From contig CAYFXR010000062.1 in assembly GCA_964347155.1 (NCBI GenBank), positions 1,246 through 65,245 of the forward strand: a stretch of 64,000 bases of DNA, read 5' to 3'. Positions 9,204 to 21,735 of this stretch are shown here, piece by piece; the stretch's first letter is position 1, and each line of letters starts with the position of its first letter. Origin of the DNA: an uncultured Nitrospiraceae bacterium (lineage in GTDB: Bacteria > Nitrospirota > Thermodesulfovibrionia > UBA6902). A program made the translations under genes and the position numbers. The notes under the pieces are model-generated. The model did no database searches, was not told the origin of the DNA, and saw nothing but the letters and a program-made list of their open reading frames with translations.

Positions 9204-9432
9204 GAAAACGGGAGTCCATTTCCTTTATCTGGCCTCCCGCCATAGTGGGATATGTTACATAACGTGTTGTATGCTACTGTTGCCTCACGTGGTGTCCCAC
9301 TTTCGCGGGGACGGCGTCTGGAATCCCCGCTCAAGACGGATGGTACAGGGCAAGCTCTGAACCGGATGTACAGGGCAAGTCGGGGAATGACGGATAAAGG
9401 CATTTTAATTCTTTGTGGTGCCCCATAGGGAC
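9204..9432 (+). repeat. Right arm of the interrupted family C foldback element (GGGAGTCCATTTCCTTTATCTGG...GTGTCCCACTTTCGCGGGGACGGCGTCTGGAATCCCCG...CGGGGAATGAC), followed by a family D module (GGCATTTTAATTCTTTGTGGTGCCCCATAGGG).
   Basis: Homologous copies are at 44895-45000, 32851-32955 (reverse complement) and 31215-31345. The D module also occurs at 32815-32850 and 59219-59258. The ORF 9179-9532 lies wholly inside this repeat and is rejected. Confidence 0.75.
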
Positions 9433-9804
9433 ATGAATGTTTGGGTTCAGGATTAAACTGAGTTATAAAGTTTATCTTCCAGTGCAAATGCCAGGTTTTT
9501 AATTGTTTCTCTCTTTTTATTGCACTTTCCACATATGGTGTGACTTCATACTATACAAGCTTTGTAAGGTTATACCTTTCTGTAAATCCTTCTTCTAACT
9601 TAATTTTGACCTTTGGTCAAAGCCTCATCTTAAGCCGGTTTATAAATTTTTAAAAGAGGCACCAGAAAAATTTCTATTATCAAATAGTAACAGTGTGTGA
9701 CATGTAAAAATGAAAACGACCAGACATGTTCATCACAGTTAGTCATTTAGAGCCCTTGATTAAAAAACTCTGAAGAGTTATAGTATCAAAATTTTAAATA
9801 TACA

Positions 9805-10305
9805 TTGATAGTAATTGGAGGATACATAATGTTCACCCTGTCAGAAAGAAAACACTGTTATATAAAAATGACTAACAGGATCCTTGGTCTTTTATGGTAC
9901 AGAGTTAAAAAGTATCTCGGGTGCTTTTTAAAAGCATTTTTATATGTAATATATTTTCTCACGGTGTTTACAGATGTAGTTTATGCGTTGGCCGGCTCAC
10001 CAGGTGGAGACGGTGGAGCCGAGCCACAGGGAATAGGCGCTTTAGCCTCATCATTTCTACCTTTAATATTAATTTTTGTAATATTTTATTTTCTTCTTAT
10101 AAGGCCGCAGTCGAGAAAGGCAAAGGAGCATAAACAGATGCTGGAGAATCTTAAAAAAGGCGATAAGATTATTACCACCGGCGGTATATATGGCATTATA
10201 GAAGACTTTGATGCAAATACCATAACTCTGAAGGTTGGTATTAAAGATGATGTGAGAATAAAGGTAGGCCGTAGCTATATCGCAGGTATCAGGTCAGGAG
10301 AATAA
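9805..10305 (+). CDS. yajC: Preprotein translocase subunit YajC. The true start is probably internal, for example TTG at 9988; the first 60 codons of the tracked ORF look non-genuine.
   Basis: The C-terminal 100 aa (...[76 protein letters not shown]) is canonical YajC. It lies directly upstream of secD-secF. Confidence 0.8.
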   Translation: MIVIGGYIMFTLSERKHCYIKMTNRILGLLWYRVKKYLGCFLKAFLYVIYFLTVFTDVVYALAGSPGGDGGAEPQGIGALASSFLPLILIFVIFYFLLIRPQSRKAKEHKQMLENLKKGDKIITTGGIYGIIEDFDANTITLKVGIKDDVRIKVGRSYIAGIRSGE

Positions 10306-10312
10306 GGCGTCT

Positions 10313-11926
10313 GTGAAGAAGAGGTTTTTCTGGCGTATCACATTAATTGCTGTAGCAACTATTCTATCAATAATTTTTTTCTTTCCATCAACACGTCTAA
10401 ACCAGTCAATGCCCGAGTGGTTGAGAAAATATGGTATCGTTCTCGGTCTTGATCTGCAAGGAGGAGTGCATTTAGTTTATGAAGTTGATGGCGATAAGGC
10501 AGTGGATGTTACGTTAGAGAGAGTTGCCTCCAGTCTTACGAATATTTTTAATGAAGAAAAGGTAAAGGCAAAGGCGAAAAAAGAAAATTCAGACATCGTC
10601 GTATCACCTGATAATGACAAGGTAATAAAAACAGTAACAGACCAGTTTCCCAATCTTAAATTACATATGCGATCTGGGGAAAAAATTGTTTACAGGCTTG
10701 ATACCCGTGAGGTTAACAGGATAAAAGATTTTGCTGCTGACCAGGCACTGGAGACAATCAGAAACAGAATTGATCAGTTTGGTGTTGCTGAACCAACAAT
10801 CCACAGACAGTCTGACAATGAGATAGTAATCCAGCTGCCCGGTGTAAAAGACACAAAGCGTGCAATTGATTTGGTGGGCAAAACAGCAATCCTTGAGTTT
10901 AAACTTCTTGATGATGAATCTCCCGTAGCGGCACAGCTTCCCGGTACTATTCTTCCTGCTGAAGAAGAAGAGATTTTGAAACAGCATGCTGATAAGATTC
11001 CTGAAGGTGATGAAATTCTTTTTGGGAGAGTTCGCAACAGAGAAACCGGGTTGGAGACAAAAATAGTTTATCTGATGAAAAAACAGTCACTTATGACAGG
11101 CGAGTTTCTCACAGAAGCCAGGGTCAATATCGACCAAAGATACAATGAACCGTATGTTTCAATAGCGTTTAATTCCACCGGTGCAAAACTGTTTGAGCAG
11201 ATTACGGCAAATAACGTAAAAAAACGTCTTGCCATAATTCTTGATGACAATGTTTATTCAGCCCCTGTGATACAGGAAAGAATAGCTGGAGGCAATGCCC
11301 AGATAACCGGATCATTTACCATGCAGGAAGCCAAGGATCTTGCTATTGTCCTGAGATCAGGTTCTCTTCCTGCACCTCTAAGGATGCTTCAGAATGTGAC
11401 CGTTGGTCCTTCACTTGGAAGTGACTCTATCAATGCAGGGATAAAGGCAGGCATAATCGGTGCAATAATCGTCATTGTGTTTATGATTGTGTATTACAGG
11501 ATGTCGGGCGTGATTGCTGATTTTGCGCTTATCTTGAATATTCTCTTTCTTATCGGAGTCCTGTCTGCATTTAGTGCGACACTTACATTGCCTGGTATAG
11601 CCGGTATAATTCTGGCCGTAGGCATGGCTGTTGACAGTAATGTCCTCATGTTTGAAAGAATACGGGAAGAACTCAGACTTGGAAAAACGCCGAGGGCTGC
11701 TATTGACTCGGGTTATGATAAAGCCTTCTGGACTATTTTTGACTCACATGTAACAACCCTTATCACTGCCGTAGTTCTTTTCCAGTTCGGTACCGGTCCG
11801 ATAAAAGGATTTGCGGTAACTCTCGGATGGGGTGTTTTTATCAATCTCTTTACAGCGCTTATTGGTACCAAAACAGTCTTTGATTTAATAACCACCAAAT
11901 GGGAAGTCAAGAGACTCAGTATATGA
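10313..11926 (+). CDS. secD: Protein translocase subunit SecD.
   Basis: 537 aa with a large periplasmic domain and a C-terminal 6-TM bundle. Confidence 0.95.
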   Translation: MKKRFFWRITLIAVATILSIIFFFPSTRLNQSMPEWLRKYGIVLGLDLQGGVHLVYEVDGDKAVDVTLERVASSLTNIFNEEKVKAKAKKENSDIVVSPDNDKVIKTVTDQFPNLKLHMRSGEKIVYRLDTREVNRIKDFAADQALETIRNRIDQFGVAEPTIHRQSDNEIVIQLPGVKDTKRAIDLVGKTAILEFKLLDDESPVAAQLPGTILPAEEEEILKQHADKIPEGDEILFGRVRNRETGLETKIVYLMKKQSLMTGEFLTEARVNIDQRYNEPYVSIAFNSTGAKLFEQITANNVKKRLAIILDDNVYSAPVIQERIAGGNAQITGSFTMQEAKDLAIVLRSGSLPAPLRMLQNVTVGPSLGSDSINAGIKAGIIGAIIVIVFMIVYYRMSGVIADFALILNILFLIGVLSAFSATLTLPGIAGIILAVGMAVDSNVLMFERIREELRLGKTPRAAIDSGYDKAFWTIFDSHVTTLITAVVLFQFGTGPIKGFAVTLGWGVFINLFTALIGTKTVFDLITTKWEVKRLSI

Positions 11927-12834
11927 TCGAAATTATAAAAAATACAAAAATTAATTTTATGGGCAGAAGGTATGTTGCTCTCGTTTTTTCAGCAATACTG
12001 ATTATCACTGGTTTCGTAGCAATTATTCAGATAGCAAGGGGAACTGCTAATCTCGGCATTGATTTTGCCGGCGGCACTGCAGTGCAGGTAAAATTTAATA
12101 CATATATTCCCCTTCAAAATATAAGAGAGGCATTGACGGAAGGTAATATAACCGATTTTGACCTTCAGGATCTGCCCACTGAAAATAAAATTCTTATCAG
12201 GATAAAAAAGGGGGAAGAGACGCTTGGTAATCTCTCGAAAACAATAATATCTGTTCTTTCGAAAAAGTTTTCCGAGAGCAATCTTGTAGTTGACTCGACT
12301 ACTGAGATAGGCCCAAAGGTTGGAGCAAGGCTGAGGAAAGATGCTTTGTGGGCTGTGATAGCAGCAATTATAGGCATTCTTATTTATATAACAATAAGAT
12401 TTCAATTCAGGTTCAGTATTGGAGCTACTGTTGCTACCTTTCATGATGTCCTCGCTGTCCTCAGTATTTTTTATCTAACGGGGAAGGAGATAAATCTGAT
12501 ACTTATCAGTGCACTGCTTATGATTGCAGGATATTCCTTAACTGATACAGTTGTTGTTTTTGACAGGATAAGGGAAAATCTGAGATTGAGAGGCAAAAAA
12601 TCTACATATGATATTGTAAATCAGAGCATAAATGAGGTGCTTTCAAGAACTATTATTACTTCACTAACCACTTTCATTGCGGCGTTTGCTCTTTTCATCT
12701 TTGGAGGTGAGGTGATTCATAATTTTGCCTTGGCAATTATGTTGGGAATAGTTATTGGAACATATTCCTCTATATTTGTGGCAAGTCCTATAGTGCTGAT
12801 GTTGGGTGAAAAGAAGGCTTTTGGAAAAAAATAG
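11899..12834 (+). CDS. secF: Protein translocase subunit SecF.
   Basis: 311 aa, overlaps the end of secD, with the typical SecF TM core ([15 protein letters not shown]). Confidence 0.95.
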   Translation: MGSQETQYMIEIIKNTKINFMGRRYVALVFSAILIITGFVAIIQIARGTANLGIDFAGGTAVQVKFNTYIPLQNIREALTEGNITDFDLQDLPTENKILIRIKKGEETLGNLSKTIISVLSKKFSESNLVVDSTTEIGPKVGARLRKDALWAVIAAIIGILIYITIRFQFRFSIGATVATFHDVLAVLSIFYLTGKEINLILISALLMIAGYSLTDTVVVFDRIRENLRLRGKKSTYDIVNQSINEVLSRTIITSLTTFIAAFALFIFGGEVIHNFALAIMLGIVIGTYSSIFVASPIVLMLGEKKAFGKK

Positions 12835-12925
12835 GATTCCTTGAACCCTTTGTAATTGATTTGTTATGTGGATTTTAGCAATTGGATCTTTAAATATATC
12901 ATTACGATGAAAGTGTAAAATTGTA

Positions 12926-14647
12926 ATGAATCGTAACTGGTTGGTGAGCAGGACCAATCCCGAATTTTTGAGATATCTCTCAGGTGAGGCATCTATATCC
13001 CCTGTACTTACACAGGTACTTGTAAATCGAGGTGTCAGGGATGTTGATTCAATAGAGGACTTTCTCCGTCCCTCCTTGAAAAACCTTCATGATCCTTTTC
13101 TTATGCCCGATATGAAAAAAGCTGTTGAAAGGTTGAGGTCTGCTATTGAGAAGGATGAAACAGTATGTATATGCGGTGATTACGATGCAGATGGCATAAC
13201 ATCTACGGCACTTCTCTTTCTTATGTTAAGGAAATTGGGATTAAGGACTTACTATCATATTCCCAATAGAATTACAGAAGGCTATGGGCTTAGTAATAAA
13301 GGCATACAAAAAGCCAAAGCCTATGGTACAGGCCTTATTATAACTACTGATTGTGGGATAAACTCTGAAGACGAAGTTTTAACTGCGCTATCCATGGGTA
13401 TGGATGTTATTGTTACTGATCATCATGAACCTTCCGAGAGATTGCCTGCGGCTACAGCAGTTATAGATCCTCACAGAGTCGATTCAGAATATCCTTTTAA
13501 ATATTTGGCCGGGGTTGGAGTAGCATTTAAATTAATGCAGGCGCTTATACAGGATATAGAATGCGGAATACTGAATGTTGAATGCAGAATAAAAAAATCC
13601 GAAATACTCTTGGAGGACTACCTTGACCTGGTTGCCCTGGGAACAGTAGCTGATTCTGTTCCACTCGTAGGAGAAAACAGGATTTTTGTTACCTATGGAC
13701 TTAAGGAAATCAACAAGCGTCCTTGTAGATTAGGGATAGATGCCTTAAAAGAAGTAGCCGGAATAGATAAAGATATAACTTCGGGACTGCTTTCGTATAC
13801 ATTGATCCCAAGGATAAATGCTGCAGGAAGACTTGATGATGCTGGTGAGGTTGTTGAGCTTTTTCTCACAGAGGATCCTGCAGTCGCAAAAGGGATAGCA
13901 TCACTTCTTGAAGAGCATAACAAGAAAAGGCAGAACATTGAAGGGAATGTTTTTAAATCAGCCCTGAAAATGATCAACCCGAACGATTTAGAGAGTGCGA
14001 TTATTCTTGCGTCTCCTGAATGGCATCCTGGAGTAATAGGCATTGTAGCGTCACGATTGGTGGATATGTTTTACAGACCCGTGTTTCTTTTTTCGGTAAA
14101 AGATTCTGTTGCAAAGGGATCCGCAAGGAGTATTTCTCCATTACATCTTTACAAAGCTATTGCTCATTGTTCAGAACATCTTTTAGGTTTTGGAGGGCAT
14201 CGTCAGGCAGCGGGTCTTAGACTTTTAGCAAAGAACCTGCCTGATTTTAAAAAACAGATGAAACGGACAGTGGAAAACAATCTCAAAGCACATGATATGA
14301 TTCCCGTACTAGCAATAGATGCTGCCGTAAAGTTTTCAGATATAAACTTTACTCTTATAAGAGAGTTGAGTCTTCTTGAACCTTATGGTGAATCGAACAG
14401 ACAGCCTCTATTCGGTGCAAAAGATATTGAGATTATAAACCACAGGATTGTCGGAGACAAACACCTTAAAATGCAACTGAAGCAGGACAGTATCAATGTT
14501 GATACGATCGGTTTTAACATGGGTAATCAGTTTAGAAAGATAGGGACAGTTTCATCACTGGATATAGCTTTTGTGCCGTGCGTAAATGAGTGGAATGGTA
14601 CCAAAACTCTCCAACTCAATCTCAAAGCGATCAGGCCAAGCAGCTAG
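12926..14647 (+). CDS. recJ: Single-stranded-DNA-specific exonuclease RecJ.
   Basis: 573 aa with the DHH motif (ICGDYDADGITSTALL), a DHHA1 domain and a C-terminal OB fold. Confidence 0.9.
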   Translation: MNRNWLVSRTNPEFLRYLSGEASISPVLTQVLVNRGVRDVDSIEDFLRPSLKNLHDPFLMPDMKKAVERLRSAIEKDETVCICGDYDADGITSTALLFLMLRKLGLRTYYHIPNRITEGYGLSNKGIQKAKAYGTGLIITTDCGINSEDEVLTALSMGMDVIVTDHHEPSERLPAATAVIDPHRVDSEYPFKYLAGVGVAFKLMQALIQDIECGILNVECRIKKSEILLEDYLDLVALGTVADSVPLVGENRIFVTYGLKEINKRPCRLGIDALKEVAGIDKDITSGLLSYTLIPRINAAGRLDDAGEVVELFLTEDPAVAKGIASLLEEHNKKRQNIEGNVFKSALKMINPNDLESAIILASPEWHPGVIGIVASRLVDMFYRPVFLFSVKDSVAKGSARSISPLHLYKAIAHCSEHLLGFGGHRQAAGLRLLAKNLPDFKKQMKRTVENNLKAHDMIPVLAIDAAVKFSDINFTLIRELSLLEPYGESNRQPLFGAKDIEIINHRIVGDKHLKMQLKQDSINVDTIGFNMGNQFRKIGTVSSLDIAFVPCVNEWNGTKTLQLNLKAIRPSS

Positions 14648-14795
14648 AAAATCAATTCCAAATTTCAGATTTTAAATAATTTTTTTGTTGAGATTTCTTT
14701 TTTATTTAATTATTGTAATTACTATAAAACCTGGGATTTTGCTTGATATTTAATGCGTTAAGACCCCATATTTAAATATTATTGTATAATAAAAT

Positions 14796-16955
14796 ATGGT
14801 TGTATTAAGAGACATAAGTACTGTTGATGGCCTCATAGACAGAGTTTTTTCGTATAATCCCGAAGCAAATACAGATCTTTTACGCAGGGCTTACGCTTTC
14901 TCTAACGAGGCACATTATAAGCAGAAACGAAAAGGGGGGTCGCCTTATATTGAACATCCTCTTGCTGTCGCCGCAATTCTCTGTGATATGCGTATGGACA
15001 CCAATACCATTGCAGCAGGACTTTTGCATGATACTATTGAAGATACAGATACAACAATTGAGGATATAAGAGGACTCTTTGGAGAAGACATTGCTTTTCT
15101 TGTTGAGAGTTTAACAAAGCTGAGCAGAATGGAATTTAAGACAAGCGAAGATGCTCAAGCTGAAAATTTCAGAAGGATGTTTCTTGCGATGGCTGAGGAT
15201 ATGAGGGTTATCCTTATCAGGTTTGCTGACAGGCTGCATAATATGCGCACCCTTGAATATCTTCCTGAGTCTAAAAGGAAAGAAATAGCTCGTGAAACGA
15301 TGGATATATATGTCCCTCTTGCAAATCGTCTTGGTATTGGTTGGCTAAAGTCGGAATTCGAGGATCTGAGTTTTAAATTCATCATGCCGGAAATTTACAA
15401 CCAGCTTGTACAAAAGGTTGCTAAAAAAAGAGAAGAACAAGAGGGATATTTGAACGAAGTAATCAAAATAATAGATGCCCATTTGATGGAGGCATCTATC
15501 CCTAGAATGGTTTTAGGAAGAGTAAAGCATTACTATGGCATTTATCAGAAAATGCAAAAACAAAGAATATCGTTTGAAATGGTATATGACGTAATTGCCG
15601 TGAGAATAATTACCGATACACAGGCAAACTGTTATGCTGCCTTAGGGCTTATTCATTCACTCTGGACACCTGTACCAGGCAGGTTTAAGGATTTTATCGG
15701 TGCACCAAAATCAAACTTGTATCAATCCCTTCACACAACAATTATTGGTCCAAAGGGAGAGAGGGTTGAATTGCAGATAAGGACCGAAGAGATGAATCGT
15801 ATAGCTGAAGAGGGAATCGCTGCCCACTGGAAATATAAAGAAAGGGAGCATACCGGTAAGGTAGATGAGAAATATTTTTCCTGGCTCAGGGAATTTGTAA
15901 AGTCACAGAAGGATACGCCCGACGCAAAAGAATTTCTTGAAGCGGTAAAAGGCAATATAATCCCCGTAGTCGTTTATGTGTTTACCCCGGAAGGCGATAT
16001 AGTAGAACTCCCTCAAGATGCTACCCCTATTGATTTTGCCTATAATATCCATACGGAGGTAGGGCATCAATGCACAGGTGCAAAGGTTAATGGGAGGATT
16101 GTTCCGTTAAGATATAGGTTACAAAACGGGGATACTGTCGAAATAATAACATCTCATGATCATACGCCAAGCCGGGACTGGTTAAAAATTGTAAAGACTC
16201 AGAAGGCGAAAGCGAGGGTAAAACAATGGCTCAAGGTAGAAGAAAGAAAGAAAGGCCTGGCCCTTGGTGAGGAACTTTTAGAAAAAGCTCTTAGAAAATA
16301 TAATTTAAGCCCTGCACTGGCAAAATCAAAAGAAATTATTGATGTAACAAAACCATACAGAATAAAAACCCATGAAGACCTTTTTGTTGCTATAGGCTAT
16401 GGAAGACTTTCTGTCCATAAGTTAATAAACAAACTTTTGCCCGAATCAGAAAAGGTCGAAAAGGAAAAGGTTCTGGCAAGAAAGGATTCTAAAAAGACGG
16501 AAGAGGGTAAGGGTATAAGAGTTGAAGGTGTTGATGATATAATGTTTCATCGATCGAAATGTTGTTATCCCCTTCCAGGAGAACGGGTAACCGGTTTTGT
16601 TACACGGGGCAGAGGCGTATCCATCCATACAGTTGATTGTCCAACTCTTGATACCCATACGATTGATTTGGATCGTCTTGTAGACGTAGAATGGGCAGGG
16701 GATGGAGAAGCTACATATGCAGTTAAGGTACAGGTGATTACTATTGACAAGCGAGGTTTGCTTGCTGAATTAAGCGCTGTCTTATCCACGAATAATATCA
16801 ATATAAATCATCTTGATGCTTCTACAACGTACGAAAGGCAGGCTTTATTCAATTTTATACTTGATATCAGGGATAAACATCAACTTGATGAAGTTCTTAA
16901 AAAATTGTCACAGGTAAATGGTGTGATAGAGGTAAGAAGAGTTCAGGCCTCATGA
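14796..16955 (+). CDS. relA: Bifunctional (p)ppGpp synthetase/hydrolase of the RelA/SpoT family.
   Basis: 719 aa with an HD hydrolase domain (HD...LLHDTIEDT), a synthetase domain, and TGS and ACT domains at the C-terminus. Confidence 0.9.
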   Translation: MVVLRDISTVDGLIDRVFSYNPEANTDLLRRAYAFSNEAHYKQKRKGGSPYIEHPLAVAAILCDMRMDTNTIAAGLLHDTIEDTDTTIEDIRGLFGEDIAFLVESLTKLSRMEFKTSEDAQAENFRRMFLAMAEDMRVILIRFADRLHNMRTLEYLPESKRKEIARETMDIYVPLANRLGIGWLKSEFEDLSFKFIMPEIYNQLVQKVAKKREEQEGYLNEVIKIIDAHLMEASIPRMVLGRVKHYYGIYQKMQKQRISFEMVYDVIAVRIITDTQANCYAALGLIHSLWTPVPGRFKDFIGAPKSNLYQSLHTTIIGPKGERVELQIRTEEMNRIAEEGIAAHWKYKEREHTGKVDEKYFSWLREFVKSQKDTPDAKEFLEAVKGNIIPVVVYVFTPEGDIVELPQDATPIDFAYNIHTEVGHQCTGAKVNGRIVPLRYRLQNGDTVEIITSHDHTPSRDWLKIVKTQKAKARVKQWLKVEERKKGLALGEELLEKALRKYNLSPALAKSKEIIDVTKPYRIKTHEDLFVAIGYGRLSVHKLINKLLPESEKVEKEKVLARKDSKKTEEGKGIRVEGVDDIMFHRSKCCYPLPGERVTGFVTRGRGVSIHTVDCPTLDTHTIDLDRLVDVEWAGDGEATYAVKVQVITIDKRGLLAELSAVLSTNNININHLDASTTYERQALFNFILDIRDKHQLDEVLKKLSQVNGVIEVRRVQAS

Positions 16956-17467
16956 ATCAATCATGGAACAAATCTCTTCTTTTTTATGATGTTTTCGATT
17001 CTCCCTTAGGATTGCTGTATTTGATTTTTTCAGGAAAATTTCTTTCCGGGATTTCTTTCAAGAAACCTTCCAATATTCCTTTTAAAAAGGATTCGGCACC
17101 AGGAAGTTTTAAAAAGGAACTTGCTTTATATTTTCAGGGATTACATCATGATTTCAAACAGAGGATAAAATTGCTTTCCGGAACAGATTTTGAAAGAAAG
17201 GTATGGTTGATAATTAAGGAAATACCATTTGGAGAGACGAGATCGTATAAATGGATTGCTGAAAAGATTGGAAAGCCTTCTGCAACAAGGGCAGCGGGTC
17301 AGGCCCTTTCAAAAAATCCTGTTCCTATAGTCATACCATGTCACAGGGTTATTGAATCAGACGGCTCTATAGGAGGATACTCGTCAGGAGTAAACAGGAA
17401 AAGACGTCTTCTTGAGCTGGAATATTATGCGAAGATGAATGGTAAGGACTCAAGGAAGCAAAGTTAG
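16952..17467 (+). CDS. ogt: Methylated-DNA-protein-cysteine methyltransferase (Ogt/MGMT).
   Basis: Active-site motif IPCHRVI with a downstream helix-turn-helix. The gene overlaps the relA stop by 4 nt. Confidence 0.85.
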   Translation: MNQSWNKSLLFYDVFDSPLGLLYLIFSGKFLSGISFKKPSNIPFKKDSAPGSFKKELALYFQGLHHDFKQRIKLLSGTDFERKVWLIIKEIPFGETRSYKWIAEKIGKPSATRAAGQALSKNPVPIVIPCHRVIESDGSIGGYSSGVNRKRRLLELEYYAKMNGKDSRKQS

Positions 17468-17475
17468 TTCGACAG

Positions 17476-19302
17476 TTACTGCTCAACCATTACCAGGACC
17501 AGGTTACACTCAAATACATTGCCGCCTACGCTTTTAATGGCCTGTTCGTAAGCCTTACGGATTTTCTTTGCATTAATGTTTAACAGCAAACCTATGTTTT
17601 CACACGTCTTGAAGAGTGATATAGATTCCATATTGATAACCTTAATTGAATCCAATTTTTCTTTATACTTCTCATAGAATTCCGATACCTGCTGTTTGCC
17701 TTTTTCATGCCTACTTATCAAATCCTCTACAAATGGTGTTATGGCAAGGGTGTTTTTCTTAACAGAAAAGTATTCTTTACTTACAACGACTTTCTTGTCG
17801 AGTTTGCTCAGGAAAGTTGAAAAAAACCGGGATTCATTTTTTTTCAATGAAGCGGTATTTAAAATGATATTTTTTATTGATCCCTTTTTCTGAGGAAAAA
17901 ACTGTCTCAGTTTTTCGGTTTTACTGTCAAATTCAGCATTTATGAGTTCTTTCAAATGGTCCAGATATTTTTTTGTGCCGGAGAGAGCCTTTTTTACAGA
18001 CCTTTTACCATACAGGCAAACAACTGCATAGAAAAGATCGAATTGCCACAGATTACGAAGAATAGCTGTCCAAGAATAAAATTTGGACATGGCCTTAAGT
18101 GTTTCAACATGCAGTTCAAAGGCGGTCATCTGTTTTGGTTCATAAACAGCGTGATGGGCATCGTATTTACTCCAGTCAGTATGGATCAGGCGGCCCTGAT
18201 TCTTTAATTCCTCGAAAACAGGAGTTCCTGGTAGAGGTGTCAGCATCATGAATTGGATAGAGTCAATATCAAGCTTTTTTGCAAATTTTTCTGTATTTCT
18301 GATGGTTTGAATATCATCTGTATCAGAACCAAGCACAAACATCCCGTGGATATGTATTGAATATTTTTTTAAAAGCCTTATACAATTATCAATATCCTCA
18401 AGACCCTGACGTTTATTATAGAGAGAAAGGGTCGCGGGGTTAATCGATTCAAAACCGATATACACAGAAAAACATCCGGATGCTGCCATTAACTCTATCA
18501 GTTCCGGATCCTTGGCTATATCAGTGCGCACTTGAGCGCTCCATTCCAATCTAAGATTATTGTCAATCAGTGCCTTAACTAATTTCTTGGTTCTCTTTTT
18601 GTTGGCTGCAAAGTTGTCATCGATAAAGAATACATGACCTTTTTTAGGCGCTACGGCCTTGACTTCCTCAATTACTCTCTCTATTGACTTGAACCTATAT
18701 TTTCTTCCAAACATCTGGATTACTGAACAAAACTTGCAATCAAACGGGCATCCCCTTGATGTGGCGATAGGTACGGTAGCCTTTTCCCATTTATAGACAA
18801 GACTGAAGTCAGGGATGGGTGAATGATCAAGGTCTTTAACAAGCTCTCTGGGCGGATTATGCACTATTCCTTGGCTGCCGTTTTTAAAGGACAGTCCCTT
18901 AATCGAATCAAGCGGCATGCCGGTTTTAAGATGCTCAACCAGTTCAATGAGGGTTTCTTCTCCTTCTCCCCTGATAACATAATCAGCATGCTCCAAGCTT
19001 TCCTCCGGCATAAATGTAGAATGTGGTCCGCCGATTGCAATGGGAATTTCTAATTTCCTACATCTCTCTGCTATCTGAAATGCACGAGGGGCAGTGGATG
19101 TAATAGAAGAAACACATATAAGGTCCGCATCTTCAAGCTGCTTCCAATCAGGAGAAGCGATGTCTTCGATAAAGACTTTTGTATTGTATCCCATGTTTTT
19201 CAGGATGGTGCCCAAAAGAATTGAACCTAACCGGGGAAGGGAAGTCCTGCTGAAGATATGAGAGCTTGGAGATTTTGCCTCTATAAAATAAATGTTTTTC
19301 AT
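17476..19302 (-). CDS. B12-binding-domain radical SAM protein (class B radical SAM methyltransferase-like) with a roughly 200-aa C-terminal extension.
   Basis: 608 aa. It has an N-terminal cobalamin-binding Rossmann region and the radical SAM cluster motif SRGCPFDCKFCS. The extra C-terminal domain is uncharacterised. Confidence 0.85.
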   Translation of the reverse strand: MKNIYFIEAKSPSSHIFSRTSLPRLGSILLGTILKNMGYNTKVFIEDIASPDWKQLEDADLICVSSITSTAPRAFQIAERCRKLEIPIAIGGPHSTFMPEESLEHADYVIRGEGEETLIELVEHLKTGMPLDSIKGLSFKNGSQGIVHNPPRELVKDLDHSPIPDFSLVYKWEKATVPIATSRGCPFDCKFCSVIQMFGRKYRFKSIERVIEEVKAVAPKKGHVFFIDDNFAANKKRTKKLVKALIDNNLRLEWSAQVRTDIAKDPELIELMAASGCFSVYIGFESINPATLSLYNKRQGLEDIDNCIRLLKKYSIHIHGMFVLGSDTDDIQTIRNTEKFAKKLDIDSIQFMMLTPLPGTPVFEELKNQGRLIHTDWSKYDAHHAVYEPKQMTAFELHVETLKAMSKFYSWTAILRNLWQFDLFYAVVCLYGKRSVKKALSGTKKYLDHLKELINAEFDSKTEKLRQFFPQKKGSIKNIILNTASLKKNESRFFSTFLSKLDKKVVVSKEYFSVKKNTLAITPFVEDLISRHEKGKQQVSEFYEKYKEKLDSIKVINMESISLFKTCENIGLLLNINAKKIRKAYEQAIKSVGGNVFECNLVLVMVEQ

Positions 19303-19449
19303 TTATGTCTTTCGTAACATTGTGCTGTTGATTTATTTCCTGTCAAATCTAACACAAAGTATAGTACAAAAAATATTTTAAAACAAGTAGTACTCAAAAA
19401 AAGGTAAGCATATCTAAATTCGTGACAGGACAGATAAGACTGGAAATAA

Positions 19450-19546
19450 ATTCCCCTCTTTGGAAAAGAGGGGGTAGGGGAGATTTTATAATAAATACAG
19501 TTTCAATAACAAATCCCCCCTCGCCCCCTTTAATAAAGAGGGGATA
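19450..19546 (+). repeat. Family A hairpin-array repeat, short version (TTCCCCTCTTTGGAAAAGAGGGGGTAGG ... AAATCCCCCCTCGCCCCCTTTAATAAAGAGGGGAT).
   Basis: Same order and spacer (GATTTTATAAT...) as the copies at 28780-28880 and 50440-50530. Confidence 0.8.
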
Positions 19547-19654
19547 AAGAAAGCTACTCAAGCTGCAATGCATATTATAGTATTTATCACGGAAAAAGAG
19601 ATGCGTGTAATTGTAAAAAGGATTCGAGGATTCGTTCCTGCAAAAAACCAGAAA

Positions 19655-19690
19655 TAAAAAAGGAGAAGGATTTTGCCTTCTCCTTTTTAT
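19655..19690. terminator. Rho-independent terminator downstream of groEL.
   Basis: AGGAGAAGG-ATTTTG-CCTTCTCCT hairpin flanked by an A-run and a T-run. Confidence 0.6.
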
Positions 19691-19709
19691 AGAATTTTGG
19701 GATTAGCTT

Positions 19710-21368
<1,659 letters not shown>

Positions 21369-21376
21369 TTATATTT

Positions 21377-21667
21377 TTATTTCTCTATTGTTCCAAGAAT
21401 ATCGTCTTCTCTAATTATGAGATATTCCGTATCATCTATGTTTATTTTGGAGCCAGAGTATTTTTCAAACAGAACCAGGTCACCGACTTTGATTTCCATT
21501 TTTTGAACTTTGCCGTCATCAGTTGTCTTACCGGTACCGACCGCTATAACTTCCCCTTTTTGAGGTTTTTCCTTTGCCGTGTCAGGTATATAGAGTCCTC
21601 CTGAGCTTTTTTCGGGTTCATCAGAATACTTCACCAACACCCTGTCCTTCAGTGGTTTGAATTTCAT
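21377..21667 (-). CDS. groES: Co-chaperonin GroES.
   Basis: 96 aa starting MKFKPLKDRVLVK, directly upstream of groEL. Confidence 0.95.
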   Translation of the reverse strand: MKFKPLKDRVLVKYSDEPEKSSGGLYIPDTAKEKPQKGEVIAVGTGKTTDDGKVQKMEIKVGDLVLFEKYSGSKINIDDTEYLIIREDDILGTIEK

Positions 21668-21735
21668 AGTTATCTCTCCTTTCTTTAAATTAAGTTATTG
21701 ATTTTTGTTAAATTTTCAATAGTTCTAAGGTTATA

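Noticed and set aside
9179-9532. 117-aa ORF next to the IS.
   Set aside because: It is composed of the family C and D repeat sequence that also occurs non-coding at 32815-32955, 44895-45000 and 59219-59258. It has no RBS and low-complexity Pro/Arg-rich content.
9805-9987. N-terminal 60 codons of the yajC ORF ([24 protein letters not shown]...).
   Set aside because: YajC proteins are about 100 aa, beginning shortly before the single TM helix. The conserved part begins near TTG 9988 and the upstream extension has no homology.
12165-12957. Minus-strand ORFs 11989-12444, 12165-12377 and 12664-12957 inside secF and the recJ leader.
   Set aside because: They are antisense to secF, with Cys/Tyr/Asn-rich low-complexity translations typical of AT-rich antisense frames.
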